From: Phoronis australis
Lineage: Eukaryota > Animalia > Phoronida
Assembly: GCA_002633005.1 (NCBI GenBank)
Contig: NMRA01000090.1
Coordinates: 633,986 to 697,985 of the forward strand
Reading direction: 5' to 3'
DNA length: 64,000 nt
The translations under genes and the position numbers were made by a program. The notes under the pieces were generated by a model. It did no database searches. It had not been told where the DNA came from and was given only the letters and a program-made list of their open reading frames with translations. This document shows positions 25,679 to 39,919 of the stretch, one piece after another. The first letter of the stretch is position 1. The number at the start of each line of letters is the position of its first letter.

Positions 25679-26749
25679 TCATCTTCACGGAATCGGAGTT
25701 CACATCCAAAAACTATCATTGCTAGAACTTGAGTGTCAGTGTAGTAGATTTTTCTCATTGAACATCACTTGGAAAAGAAATATCGTGACGCGTCACTTTA
25801 GAAACACGTTCAGCTGCATTTCGCCCTCAATATCAGTGTTGAATGAATTCCCAACCTACGCGGGTTTAAAAATATTCCGCGTTCACCCGATCTTGAATTA
25901 TTGTCGAATGAGCTGGCAACTCAAGTCAAAGGCAATGCGTGTATGCGTCATTTTCGAACCAGCATTTTGAAGTGTTTTCTTGAGTCGCTAATGGTTGAAT
26001 GAGTGTTTGGTTTAGTAACGGAATAGAATCCTATCGTGCTTACATGTAAGATTGTTATTGGACAGATTTTACCAAAGTGAAAGGTCTTATGCAGTTCTCA
26101 ATTCTCGCCAGATGAGTAGGGCAAAGAACAGTTAAAAAGGAAATTAGGCCGTTGTTTATGTCATCTTATTACCGTTCTTCAATCATAAACATCAAAAATA
26201 CGGCAACATTTTTTTTAAGAAATGTCCAATATTAAATATTAAGATCGTTTTACACTTTTATATTTTGTGTAAAATTATAAAAGTCCTTTTGACAGACTCT
26301 GTTGCAAACACGGGCCATTTTTATGCAACTCCTCAACATTTTTTGCAGAACAGTGCATTAAAGCAGGGAATCCGAAAATTTCCCATGCATACGATCAGCC
26401 ATTTTGATATATGAATCTCTTAAGTTAATACTGAACAAAAATTAAACGAAATTTATGTTAATGAAGGTGATGTTTGTTTTGTATTGTACAAGTCTGAAGA
26501 CTCTTTACAGCTGTTCAATGGGAGCTGAGACTTTCATGCCTTAAAAGGTTTTTTCTGCAATGGCAGTCTGTGTCCACACAAATGAGAATACAGATAATTG
26601 GAGCTTCACACAAAATACGCATTAGTTATAGTGCACTACCATAAACGCAGGTCCGGGAGAGAGGGGGCATTTAATGAGACTTGAATGCCATGAAACAAAA
26701 AATCTAAAATTACTGCAATAAACACATTTATTGTCTCAAAGCAGCATTA

Positions 26750-29700
26750 GCCTAATTACACTACTATCTGTAATCGGTTAACCATATTACTGCATGGATG
26801 TTCCCATATTCGACGGCACAGTATCTACAGATACCACAGACTTTGCTTTGGCAGTAAAACTGGCTCCTGATCTAACACTATGACGTACGTCCAAAGATAC
26901 TGACATCAATAGCAGACTTAACCATAACGACCTCGACTCATCTAGCAACGATATCCTTCAATCGTCACAATCTTAAATGGTTTTCAATGGCTGAGCAGAA
27001 AATTTGAAGGGTTTTTCCTCAAATAAATTCGCATGCTAGAAGTATGCTTTCGTTACGTCATCAACGTGGTTGAAGTCACGGCTAGATTATCTTTTGTTAG
27101 ACATCTTGATATACACGTATACTCATTCGTACTCTTTCTGCAATCTCCGGTCTTCCGACGGGCAGCAAATCGCCAACAGACATAAAACGAAAACAACAAG
27201 TTTTCTGGAAAAATAGTAGACATCACCACCATTCGCTAAGTAGAAAATGGCACAATTCCGTTAAAGGTTTTGGAGTCTCTATTGATCAGTGACGAAATAC
27301 CTGTGTTGAATGAGCAGCTCACAGGTGTTTAACGCACTGCAGCTTACTTCCCTTCCATCTACCTTCTGTCACCCAAAGTTTCATTTTACCTATTGCCTAA
27401 GAATCAGACACGAGGTCTCGTAACACAGCCACTATTTTAACTTGTTTCTGAGTTATGTCTATTGGCGAATTGCTGTTTAACTAAACGCCGGAAGCGCGGA
27501 GATGATATAGAGAGTTTGAGCGAGCACATATCAAGCAAGCTGTCTAAAAAGTACAGTCAAGTTGCTTTTCAGTACATCGACTTTAGATGGTTGCATAGAG
27601 GGCATATACATGCAGCTTTGTAGATGAAATCGAACTCGCTCAGATCACCAAAAATGCATTGGCGTATGTGGGCGCTGGGTGCTGCATTTAGGAACAAGAT
27701 ATGGGAGCATTGTTGGTATAAGAAGACACAAACAAATCTGTATTGCGCTCACGCGCTATTTCAAACAACTTGTCAAGAATTTTACAGTTACTGCCACTCC
27801 TGGTTTTGAAAGTTCTTTGTCAGCCAAGACATAACCTTTGCCCGGTATATGTGATGCTGACAACCATATACGGTTTTCACGATTTAACGCCATCCACTTT
27901 AGCGCCAGAGTTACGAGAACACGAGTCCTTAACAACAAAAAAGATTTCATAGCAAATAGGATGACTATTATCTGCAGAACAATCAAAGTTATCCTTCTCA
28001 GTTGCTATTGTTTTACCTCTAATTTGGGTGAGGAGAGCACCCGTGCCACCCAAAGAAGCATCTGTGGAGACTGCTACTGATGTAGCATGAGGTTTTATCC
28101 CAAGGTACTAGGTTAACATATCAGCAATCCACCAGCCAACTTGGAGTACATGTACTTTATTATGCAAAATTAAAATCTATGATAGCATAAACACTACTCT
28201 ATGATTTCAAAGCTAGCACATGGCCACTTTCTGTTTGACGATTATACAATTTTCGACTCGACTGCAGAAAAGGATGACATGATCAATCCTAGCTCTCTAG
28301 CAACTTCCCTAATAGCTGCAGACTGCCTGACATTTACTTTAAAACGGTTCACTTTGACGCGTTGTTTTTTCCCATCGAACAACCCCCAAAGTCATAGTTT
28401 CGGAGACGAGGGTGTTTCATAAGTATAATGACAGACATTTCTACACGAATTGTTCATATCAGAATAGAGATAGTGATTTTAGGGGATTTTGTGGTCTATT
28501 CTGCACTGGAAACCAGTAAACGCTTGTCATCAATGTAATAGATGCTCTTATACCGTCTCTCCCAGCAACAATCCCATTAGGAAGACATGTAAGGTGAGAA
28601 ATCTTTCGTCCCCATGTGAAAGATTTTTTGCCATCTTCCGCTATAATCAAAACAAATTGCAATTTGCGACTTTGATCAATTGACTCCAAAACACATTCTG
28701 AGACATTAAGTATGAAGCTGAATTTAAACTCTACATCTTAAAATGATGATAAATAATACAAGCGCTCAATTCTTTCAAGCTCAGAATTTTTGGATGTAAA
28801 TTGATGACAAAAACGTGTCAGATGCATCATTGTACGTTTCTTGGGAACACTTGATTTCAACAGTTTCAAATTTTGACATTACATTTGTTATTTCATCTAG
28901 GACTGGAGGTCTCCCTTGAAATGGTGCCTTGTTGTCCATGAACTCAAGATGACACTGAGTACCCTATCAATTTCGACTATGTCCTAATGCTCTCTCATTT
29001 ACGAGCAAATGTTCATGCCTCAAAGACTACAATCAACTATACAAGTCCTAAGCATTGCCTGGGTGTAAGGGACCTGCCTGAGCTGGTAATTGAAATGTTT
29101 GAACCATCGTGAGAATGGGACCGTGAACCGCGAGCAAATACTCCGTGTACACCATGTCCCTATCTCTGGGTGATTTAAACCATGGGTGTCTGGCCAAACT
29201 ATGCTTAATCCCTTTATTCAATTCTAGTGAAAAAATCTATCTCTTTAGGTTTATTTGGAAGCTCATCTCCAATGACCCACTAACTGAGAGCATAAATGCA
29301 TATATTGATTGCTTAACTCCGGCTTAAGTAAATCCTTTCTGGACACTCAGGTTGATTTTCTTGTTGGCCTAATCCGAAAGAGCTAAGGCATCGTTAAACG
29401 AGTCTATGACCCCATCCTCGTTGACCGTGTCAGAAGTTTGTCCAGACAGAGAATCGACTGTCTTCACAACGAAGTAGCATCCTTAACAGCCTTCTGAATG
29501 AGCTGCAATTGCGTTCGTTTGACTGAATGAGTGGCGAGATTATAGCCCATACCAACTGATTAGGTAGCACGAATGGATGGCCTTCCCAATTATTAGGAGG
29601 TGGTAACATATTTAGTCAGTTCGGTAAACCGTTGGTCATCGTCGTCTTTACGCTTACGCGTACCGACCTATCATCATCGTCTGCATAGGGCCTACTTACC

Positions 29701-29950
29701 TTGTTCGTTATATAACAGGCGACGTTATCAATGCCGGTACTGTCAACACTATGCAGTGAGCAAAGGCACGGACTCGGCATGGCCAAAATTTGAACAAACG
29801 TTTCAACCTCGGACCTGGTTTTAGACAATTGAGGGATTTCAACCTTCGTACTGTGAGCTCTCGTCACTTTCTTTTTGCCTTTTTCCCCTTTATCGGCGAT
29901 GCTGGTGCTAGCTTTGTCCGGCATAATCACCTTTCTGCCATTGTTGCGTC
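26750..29950 (-). mobile_element. Degenerate DIRS-type (tyrosine recombinase) retrotransposon: gag, RT, RNase H, MT-like, YR
   Basis: Minus-strand motifs occur in canonical order despite stops and frameshifts. Gag-like: PNNWEG..NQLVW, QLIQK, DALAL..ANKKIN, RKDLLKPELSNQYMHLC, GDELP (about 29200-29600). RT: YHHFKM*SL (about 28745), TCLPNGI, YIDD (28526-28537), IREVAR..G. RNase H: TDASLGGTGA (about 28054-28065), IWLSASHIPG....AD (about 27845). MT-like: DLFVS..N (about 27735). YR: ID.SIF..HSVRSGAS (about 26860-26910). Confidence 0.85.
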
Positions 29951-31469
29951 TCGTTAAGGGAAAACAATTATTTTATTTTATTTTTCCTTCCGTACTTCCA
30001 TCAGTATAGTAGAACGTACATTGTACAAATACCATCAATGAAAAAATAGCAAATATAAAGTTAGGCAAGTCGCATAGTAGGCAATGTTTATTCATAAAAC
30101 GATGAGCTCAGAGTTGACGGACCACCTCTGCTCGTGTCAAGTTGCAACAGACATGCGTTCCTAAAAGGTGAAGATCTCGCTAAACGCCACGCATTACAAT
30201 CAAAGCACGTAATCACACTTGCTTTTTTAGGGCGATTTGTGCGTATGCGTAACTCAACCCAGAACACTGTCGGTTGCACCCGTGCAGTGCAATCTCATTC
30301 AATGCCGGAAGTGAAAATGGTGAATTACAAGTGTACTTTTTCTTAGGTCTACATAACTTTAAGGTAAACAAGTTCTAAATGTGCAACTGATTGCATTCTT
30401 TGGTTCGAAGTGGGCTGTCTTCCCCCAATACAGTCGCTGATTACCCTGCCAAAAGCCTGGGGTATACACTTGCCAGTTCAACAGACATTGAGATACTCTT
30501 TTACTAACTTGTCTGGGTTGGCATTATGTAAAAGGAATCAATGGGTAATTAATATTGACAAATACGGTCAAACAGGGTAACTCTTGTCACATCCGTGTCT
30601 GTTTCAGTCGCAGACAGTGTCCCGTTTCGTTACAAAGAAGGGAAGTGTCGTAAACCTCAAGTGTGGCTATGGTTGCATGTCAAGCACAGAGCAGGGCAAG
30701 TAACATTTGTCTCGTATCATAATGTATTATTTGACGACGTGCTCTGGGGCTTAAGAGTGACTGCCCGGGAAAATCGGGAAAAGTAGGAACATGACATAGC
30801 AACGATTTTTGAAACATAGCTATTGATAGACCTAGGTGGAATGATTAATAACCGGAATATTTCTAGTTTTGAAAAATTACCGGTTTCTTTAAAATTGACC
30901 CTCTTACAGAACATTTTGGGGATAAAATCTGATCGACGATCACGGTAATTTTAGCAAAATACCAGTATAAGAAAACTACTTATAACGTTTTTAGCATGAA
31001 TCTTCTATCCTAGGTCAGTCAGCATACGCAAAAACACTAATGTGAAATTCGTTGCAATCTACAGATTTTAACCTTGGTTCTTAACAAGTTATCGCGCTGA
31101 GAATATAAACTGTATTCGCTACAGACCCTTAGGTTCAGTCGCTTTCCCCCAAGTCATCATGTTCGTGGGAATTGACAGACTGTCGTATACAGATCTAAGT
31201 AGGAAACTCAGTCGCGTTGGTTCCATTCTCGTAACGTCTCTCCCTTTATAGCTTTCCTGGCTGTAACGTCTGTCGATTTAACAGATAACGAAATCTCTTA
31301 CTTCTTCTGTTTATTCAACCAAAGTGGTATCAAAAAGTCGAAATACTTATCAGAGACAATAGTAGTTAACATAATAATATCCTCTAGCGGGTGCAAACAT
31401 TCTCTTCTCTACGGAAACACACCTGTGACCTTTCACCACCGATGATTCTTCTAAAATTTGGAAGGATAT

Positions 31470-32750
31470 GGAGGCACTAGACAAATGACACAAAATCAAT
31501 GGTAACGCCACTAGTATGTGCAACGTTGGTCAAATCAATCCGAAACAGGACAAGGGCTGATGTCTAGATGATAGTTACTTATTTGCCAAATTCCATGACA
31601 ATCCAACGTCGAGCTTGGTAGTATTTAATGCAAAACGCCAAGAAAAACAAAAGTGCCACAGGCGATGCCGCTGTAATCAGATTTGTGCAGAAATCCACCT
31701 AAGTTGTATTCTCCTCAAATGGAATCAAATACCATGTTTCATGAAATGTGGTTTAAGAACTTCCATTGAGCCATAACTCAAAAATAAAAGTACCACAAGA
31801 GGGTACCACAGCAGTCAGTCCCCAAATCATTGTCAATCATGCCGGCACTTCGCAGAGTGAGCACATGCCAATTTTAGAGGGATTTGGTAAAACATGTCAA
31901 CAATCAGGCTAAAAAGCAGTAAAGACAGTCACAAGGTGGTCCAGAATACGCCAAATACACCCAAAATGAAAAGACTGTGTTTTCTCATCCATATCGATAC
32001 GCGCCAAATTTCTTGAAAATTCGTCAAGTAACTTCGATAATACAGAGGAAATTGTAAAAAAATAAATTTCAGCAACGGGCAGAGTGGTAGTTGGATGCGT
32101 TTAAATATCATTTACCTTTATTGCCAATTTCATTGGAATACATTGGCGAAATTTAAGGTTATGTCCAACCTTATTTAGTGGCCTCCATTCTAACACTTAT
32201 ATCAAAAAACTAAGCTTTGTCAACTAGTAAATGTAAATATTTTCTGAAAGAACAAAGACCGGGAAATATAAAATATACTTTTTGTATTTATTTGTCATTA
32301 TTATTTTTACGTAAAAAGCTTTTTTAAGTAAATATTTCATTTTTAAAAAAGGTACATTCATAGCAAAATAACCCCTCTGTCGATTTTAACGAAACCTTTT
32401 TTAAATGAAAACTTCATCAATTATCTCAAAAACCCTGTTACGAATGTTCGATTAGTTTGTTCGTTTGGTTTCTATGACAAATCAACTCGCAAAACGTAAG
32501 GTATTTTTGTAAAAAATTGAAGTCGTATTCGTCTTTGTCACATTACACAAAAGCTAAGCTTTTATATCAAAAATCCTAACAGTGTTTTTGAAATTGGTGA
32601 CTAAATATTAAGTTTGGAAAGTTTCAGCGAAATCCATCGAGCCATTTTCGAGAACTCGTGTTCCTAAGTTCAAATAAAGTCGATTTGCCGAAGCCGAGAA
32701 AAAGCCGATTAAACTGGGACACGTGAAAATCTCTAAGTCTTTGGTTAATT
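31470..32750. mobile_element. Cluster of non-autonomous DNA-element remnants (repeated ccaaatttc(a/t)tgaaaat-type motifs)
   Basis: Variants of gccaaattycatgaaaatc recur at about 31585, 31730, 31868, 32003 and 32123, and aagtttcagcgaaatccatcgagccattttcgagaa occurs at about 32620. These motifs are typical of abundant invertebrate non-autonomous elements. Family not assigned. Confidence 0.4.
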
Positions 32751-34299
32751 ATTCTGTGAAAACTTGTTTTCGGTATACATAACCTATAGAATCCCTAACT
32801 ATGTCACCTATTTCAATGTTTTCTTGCAATGTCAACTAATTTTGCAGAGCGTAACTAACTTAAATATCATTAAAACCTCAGATAGACCTTTCGCAGCCAA
32901 CTTTTGCCGTTTTGTACGACCTACTTAGAAAAGTAGGTCACAGTTCTTAGCCTGTACACGTCACGTGCTGGGAGACTTATACCAAACCAAGTAAGAAATG
33001 GATAACAAAAATTGAATTAGTGGTTTAAGTAAGTCGTTAACATGAAATCGAAACATCGAAATGTTAACTTAATAATTGAATTAAGGAATAAGAGGGGGGG
33101 GATTTATCTCTTTTCACAACTTTCTGTGTTCATGACCAGACTGAGGCCTGAGGCAACTCGTAGCATTTGTTTTCAACCTCAACAGTCGTATGCATGTAGA
33201 CCCACAACTCCCTTAGGATAAAAACTACGTTTTGTATTCGTTTTCCCAGGGACCATTCTATCATAACCACACCTCGTTGGTTCAATGTTATAGCGAATTT
33301 GTGAATGAAAGGACTGAGGGTATACCGAAGCTGTTCTGTACCTGGCGGGAGACCGATTTACTTGAAAGCCCTTTAACCTTTGACCTTGGATAAGTGCGAA
33401 ACAAATATCCACGCGGTTGTGCGGTTACAAGGTGGTTCTGTTAAATCTTTTTTTTCTTGCTACGCATTATATATTTCGTATTTGAAGTTCCCCGAGAATG
33501 AAGATAAGGTATTTTGCTAGACACAAGTGAAATTTTGTAAAAATGGCCAATTTTTATGAATAAGGTTGGAAATATCCTTAAAGACGTTCCTGCAAGATGT
33601 TCATGAGATACAGCCGCGAACAAAAAACTGCCACTAGGAGATGACACAGTAGTCAAAGACAACCAAAATCAACACCACGTCTTCTTCTCAGTGCTAACAC
33701 ATATACGAATTTTCATCACCGTTAGTGCGGTTTGGCCAACAGAAAGACGGACGCCACAAAACAGCCTCAGAAACAGTAAAAAAGGACACCAGGTGGAACA
33801 GAATGCGTTGAATCAATTCGAAAACAAGAAGGCAGCGTCACCTAAAAATAGATACCTGCCGTCGAATTTCATGGAAACCCGGCAAAGAACTACGAAGCTA
33901 CAAAGACAAACATACAAAACTAAAATCACCACTACGGAGCACACCACAAGACAGATCCATCTGAAAATTTGCAAATGCTATTTCATCTATGATAGGAGAA
34001 CATTTGCAAAATATCACGAATTTTCAAATGTTGGTTTCAGAGATACATCAGCCTATGGACAGAGATGACGATATGATGCAATTACATGTAACCATATGGG
34101 AGCATAAACGTGTTACTGCCTTGACTTCCTCTTTGAACCACAGCTGGCAATTTCAATATCAAAGTGTTCACAGTTTCCCTCAGTTCAGCTGTTCTTAGCT
34201 CTCGAAGTCAACTGAATTACTCAAATCTATGACCATAAGTATAATAGGATGACAAGACTCGATCATTTCCGCATAGGCACTGGTATGCATGTTGTCAAC

Positions 34300-34640
34300 A
34301 CAAATTGCCTCATAGATGACAGCATCTTCCTCACCGGAGTCTTGCCGGCTGGTTTGTTTCTGCAGGTTCGCCAATCATCTGTCCAGTGACTGTTCCCTCC
34401 TTAAAGATTACCTGGCATTGCCATCCATCTTTTCAGCACGCCCTATTGATTTCAATGCCCAGCCCATGGCGAGAGTGGTTTCGCCTGGAGCTGACGCAGC
34501 TGGTTGCACCACAACTGTTATAAACATACAGTAAAGTGGGTTCAATAAAACCAGTATATATCCGACGACTATCCGAAGTAACTCTAAAAAACACGTACAA
34601 GAAACCAACTCATTGAAAAATGAGGTTATCGGCGAACACC
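34300..34640 (-). pseudogene. Degenerate fragment of a transposon-associated 'GWALK' protein
   Basis: Minus strand reads FSCP.., TTLAMGWALKS, then after a frameshift FKEGTVTGQMIGEPA. This resembles the recurring motif GWALK..F..G..TG.K..P seen in repetitive uncharacterised invertebrate proteins. Recognised from memory, not by search. Confidence 0.35.
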
Positions 34641-37600
34641 ACACATGGACACGAGAAAGTAAAAAGAGGTCCATTTTAAGGTTATTTTCACTTAGATGGC
34701 ACAAGTGAGTCTGGGGTTTGCATATTTGGCCAATCCTCTCTTAAAAAGGAAAACTTTTGCCTCATGTACCTCATTCGATCATTGCATAAATGTTGCCAGC
34801 CTATTCACCACATATGTACATTGTAATTAATCGTGCATAGATTGAAATTCGGCGATGCGTGATTTCTGTATTTTAGTTCCTGACCAGTTACATTGTCTGT
34901 GTTTTGCGTACCATGGATTGTTGCATGAGTATTACAACCATGGCATTATATTTTGCAATATTGGGGCTTATTTCGATCTGCACATACCTTTACATACATC
35001 ATAGGTACGCCATTACATTGACATATATGCTACAGAAGTCTGACGAGGTTCACAGTCTTACCACTAAGTGGCGCACGTAAAGATTACTGAGATTGCCTGT
35101 TGCTTGACCTTCAATCGGGATCATTCCTTGTCTGACCATGGTCGAATGCTAAGTAGCAGGAAATAACACGCGTCGTTTAAAGGCGAAGGCAACCTTTTTT
35201 CATGTCACGTTTAACAAATACAAGGTCAGTTGATTATCCCAGAAATATTTTTCACTGAATTATAGCTTTTCGTAATTTAATTAATTTCTCGTCCTCTACT
35301 CCGGAAGTGACGTTTTGGGGGGCAAGAATTTCGCGTCATACAGTCAGACTGTGAGAGCTGTCAAGTCAGTCATTGTTTTCATGTTTTTGGATCAGCCGAA
35401 GAGGTAATAATACGACACCAATTTCAAAATCAGTGACGAGTCATGTTGCCAGATTACTAAATTTTTGCCTGATTCTTCCCTGCAAGCACTCTTATAAGAC
35501 AATTGCACGTACATACAGGTGCACTGCCTCGGGAGATCACTTTCGTCTCCGTTATCGTAACGACCTCACGTCAACGCCAAAGTGAATTGCAGGGATTTTG
35601 CTTTGTAAGGCGGTAAGTTGAATGTCCCCACCTGTTGCATTTGACAAGCGCAAATCCTCACAGCCATAACGCGACGCGCTCTCTCATTATGATTTACTGT
35701 TCCATCGAGAGATACGTGAAAAGATTCTTTGTCATTGCCTTGAAATTCCCCCTGCAAGCCTATAAAACTCGGTCTTGACCACCAGGCACAAGTGTTGAAT
35801 ATGTTTATAATTTTCAAAACCAATTATTTAAAAGTACGGCAAAGTAACAATGACCCAGTGTGATATGGGATCAGACCATTTTTAATGGTTTGGAGGAAAT
35901 GGTTGCCGATCAAACAAAGCATAAACGTATCACCCCAATAATCACATAGAGCTAAGTCATTGAAACAACATGCATAACATCTACTATTTCTGCGGGCTTG
36001 TTGCTCAAGCCATTTCTGGCTTCCTTCACAGAAATTAGGTTTAATAGAAAAAGGACAAAATACATGTATCTATGCTGTATGTATATTACAACACAAATTC
36101 CAAATCTTAATTCACAGACACTAGTTATGTTCCTACATGTACATGATGAACATTCTCAAAATGCATGGGCACGTTGTGTATACTTTAGTATCTCGATTTG
36201 TATTATTATAAAATATACTTTATTACATGACAAGATTCCAAATCGAAATATTGGCATGAAAACTAAGTACCGGTTTTACTTTGGACAATTGCTCGTGTGT
36301 GTGTGTGAGTGTGTTTGTTTTTCTAGTTGGCCTAATAACACTAATCTATGATATCGGTAGGTGAAGGGTAAAGTCGTCATGTTCACTGTAGCACTGAACT
36401 GGCAAACGGAGAGATATTCATTTGATTACGTTGAATACATTTTGCTATCTACTGTCGTAGTACTTCCATATCATTTGAAAACGCGGAATATTTATTCGCG
36501 ACGTTTCATTTCCGGAACAACCAGGCACGTGGCAAAACATCATCGCACTTGCAAAGAAACAGGCTGACACATTATCACATGGCGTCTGTATGATTAACTG
36601 ACCTTCATTACATTCGAACATTTGTTGACAACTGTGCCTTCAGTGGTGGTTAACGGGAAGTACAGAAAGTATTTTGTCATTCACCATGATTATTTTCAAA
36701 CAGTAGCAGTACGTCTCACTAACAATTTAATAACACGGTGTTGTATGTTTTACCTTGATTATGTTCCAGAAATCTGAACTCAGACAACCAATATCTATGC
36801 ATACAGTAGTTCTGAGGAAATTCGATGGAGATATCGAAGGAGTTTACAGTTCCAAATGTAAGTGCTATTGTGCATAATTATAATTTTTACATCAGCTGTT
36901 TCTTGGACGCACAGGAGACACTTACAGCGATGATTTTGGTAAACCGTTGCCTTCTAATCCTGTGCATGTTTCTTCATTTAATTAAACTTAAGTGGTCGTC
37001 AGTGCCATTTATTTCGGCGCCATCGTTGTCCGTAGCGTCAGTGTTGCTGCTGAGATGTCATCGTCTTTGACTTAGGGTGCAAGCAACGTGGTCGGTGCTT
37101 AGGCATCGTCGTCGGCAGGTTCGCTGTCGTCTACGTCACTGACGTTGTGATTTCATGGTTGGCAACTCAGTGTTCACGTTATCCAACGCGTTGACAAGGT
37201 GTGGCCGGTGCTGTCCTTCTAGGCATCTTCGGCAATGTCGTCCTTGTCGTTCGCAGCTCCGTCGCCGTCGTCGTCGTCGACCATTCCGGTTTATTCAATG
37301 AAGGAATGTCGTTTTAACAACAGCTTTCAAATCACATTTTGAATGTCGGTTTTTAATACATTTAACTTATAGAGTCACTCTTTACTTATCTCATATTAGC
37401 CCATCAACGGCGATATGCAGTTGCTAGAGGAAGCAGATGGAATGGCCCTATCACCTGTATCCGCCATCCTCAACTTCGGGACATTCATTGGCCCTTTTAT
37501 CGCAAAATACACTGTATTTCAGTCATACTACTGATGCTAGTGCAATCTACGCTTGCTCCCGTTACAGTTTTGAAGAAATACTCCGACTTGGCACCCCATT

Positions 37601-39919
37601 GCAAGTTCTCTTTGGATCCATCCAGTGTTGCCGGCATGTCTAGGGACTTCTCCAATCACTATTTCCGATTTTACAATTGTAAGTCTGCAGAAAGCACCAG
37701 CAAGAAAATACACAGAAAGCATTATTTTTTTAAGTTCAATATGTTTGATAACTCTTAACCAAGAGGAGATATTTACAAATAAGCTCGATGCTAGAAAGTA
37801 AACATTTAAATGTCATTAAATGTGCAGGCAAGGTGGACATGTGTTATGTCTTTGCCGCCAAGACCTCGCTTGGACCAGTGTTCTGAAGAATAAAACGTAG
37901 TTAAGTAACACGACTGGTCTTTTTTGCAGTAAACTCGACCCGTGAGAGAGACGTGAACACCAAAGAATTTTTAGGAGACCCGTTTGCTGAAACTGTTATT
38001 TCAAGTAAGTGAGTAAGTAATACCTATTAGTTGAAGTGTTCGTTTTTTCTTCAAAAACAATACATCTAGAGATGAATGATGGCATAATCACTGAAATCAA
38101 ATATTCCACTTGCAGATTTATTCGCAGTTGTCGTAAATAGCTGTGCTGTCACACGCAGGGGACAGAAGCCTCCATATTTTGCCTTTGTACGTACAGAGTT
38201 CCATTCATTCGCCTTGCATTCTGAGCATTGCACATGCATAGTAACTGAGGTAAGGAGCGGCATTGAACTATTGAAAATTTCTCCTCTAAGGAATTAAGCT
38301 TGTGCGTAACATAAAGATACAAATTTCATTCTCTCGTGGGGACCCAGTTTTGCCACAGCAGCGACAACATACAGTATAGTACAAAGCTCAAGACACTCAG
38401 TTGGGTGAGTGGTACAACACTAGGTAATTATTATTATTTCGTTTTACCTACAGCGTGCTCAACATGAATAAGTGCGCGAGCAATCCTATGCCTTTGTTAA
38501 AAGCTCTTCCACTGCGCCACCACGCTTCCAACTAAACTAAAATGCTAAAACACGTAGTTATTTATTTACGGTCAACACCGTTCAGGCGCAAACCTGCTCC
38601 TTCCTGTAGTGTTTTTTACACGTTTTACATTTTGCGCAACCACTTTGTAGCAAAAATGTTGTATTTAAAACATCCTTAAGTTGACTAAAAGCCCAAACCC
38701 ATGTTTCGTGTTGGCATTAACCACGCGCTTGCTTTGCAAATTGTCTTAATCTGCTTGACACAGCGAGAATTATGAGTTTCTGAGTGACTCACTCCATACA
38801 TTGTTAAATCTTGTTTTTGCCGTATATTGTTGATTACCGGGATTAATTAATAAACTCAGTTTTCCTCGCTCTTTTGCTGTTTTATTTTTGCGGCCTCCAA
38901 GCCCCCCTCCCAAATCCGCCTATGCCTAGAGATGAGCAAAGGCCATTGCGATAATATCTGTATCAATACCACGCATTAGTTGTTCTTACTTGTCTCATAA
39001 CAAGCTCTTCAAAGTCACTGAGAAATCTTTTAAGTTCTGGTTTCACGTCATTGCTGTTTCGCTCCTTGGCAGTATGTCATCTTCTCACCTGCGGGCATCA
39101 GAATGTTGAAACCAAAGCGCAGCGTTGCTAATGTCAGACCTACAGAACGGGTAAATTACGCTAAGCACTTGATTGAACAATAAATAAACGCCAAGATCCT
39201 CAGGTGTATAACGTCTTTTAGTCTGTACATAACTTTTTAACTGTGGTAGTAGGTAATTTGCGCAGAAAAGAGTTACATCATGATCAGACATAAAAGACAA
39301 ATCCTGATGGAGTACAGACAAGACTTTTCAATTAAAAAATTGTATGGTTGTACAATAGCAGCAATTACCATTGCAAAATTTTGTTGATTTGTAATTATTC
39401 GGTATGTCTTTCATGAATATTTTTTTCTTCAGCTTTCGAGTGTACGACGCCTCCCCCTTTAATCCTTGAGGTTGTGCATCGTGAGATTTGTTTGTCAAAC
39501 GCCGGATAACGATGCTGGAAAATAACACACCAGATATAATAATCCCTGTTGCAAGTGATCACAAAAATGGCCAAATACGTGAAAGGAGTAATTGATAAGT
39601 TGCGGCGACCAACGTCCGCAATAGTGGGACATGAGATGAAGTTTCAATTCTCCTTATTCTGTTTCTCATTTCCGGACCTTTCTAACAACTCTCGCGTTTA
39701 AAAGCCGAATGAAGCAGAGATGTTCGGTATATTTCATATCACTTCAATCATATGTTTATTTTGTCAAGTAACTCCAGTTGTTGTGCTGCAGACGTCTGTC
39801 ATTACATCTTGCCCATATTCATGGGTCAATATTCGCCGTGGGATAATAGGGATACGCGGAGGATTGTATTCGGACGGGAATATTTTGTAGCTAACGGCAT
39901 TGGTGGAGAGAGGAAATTT

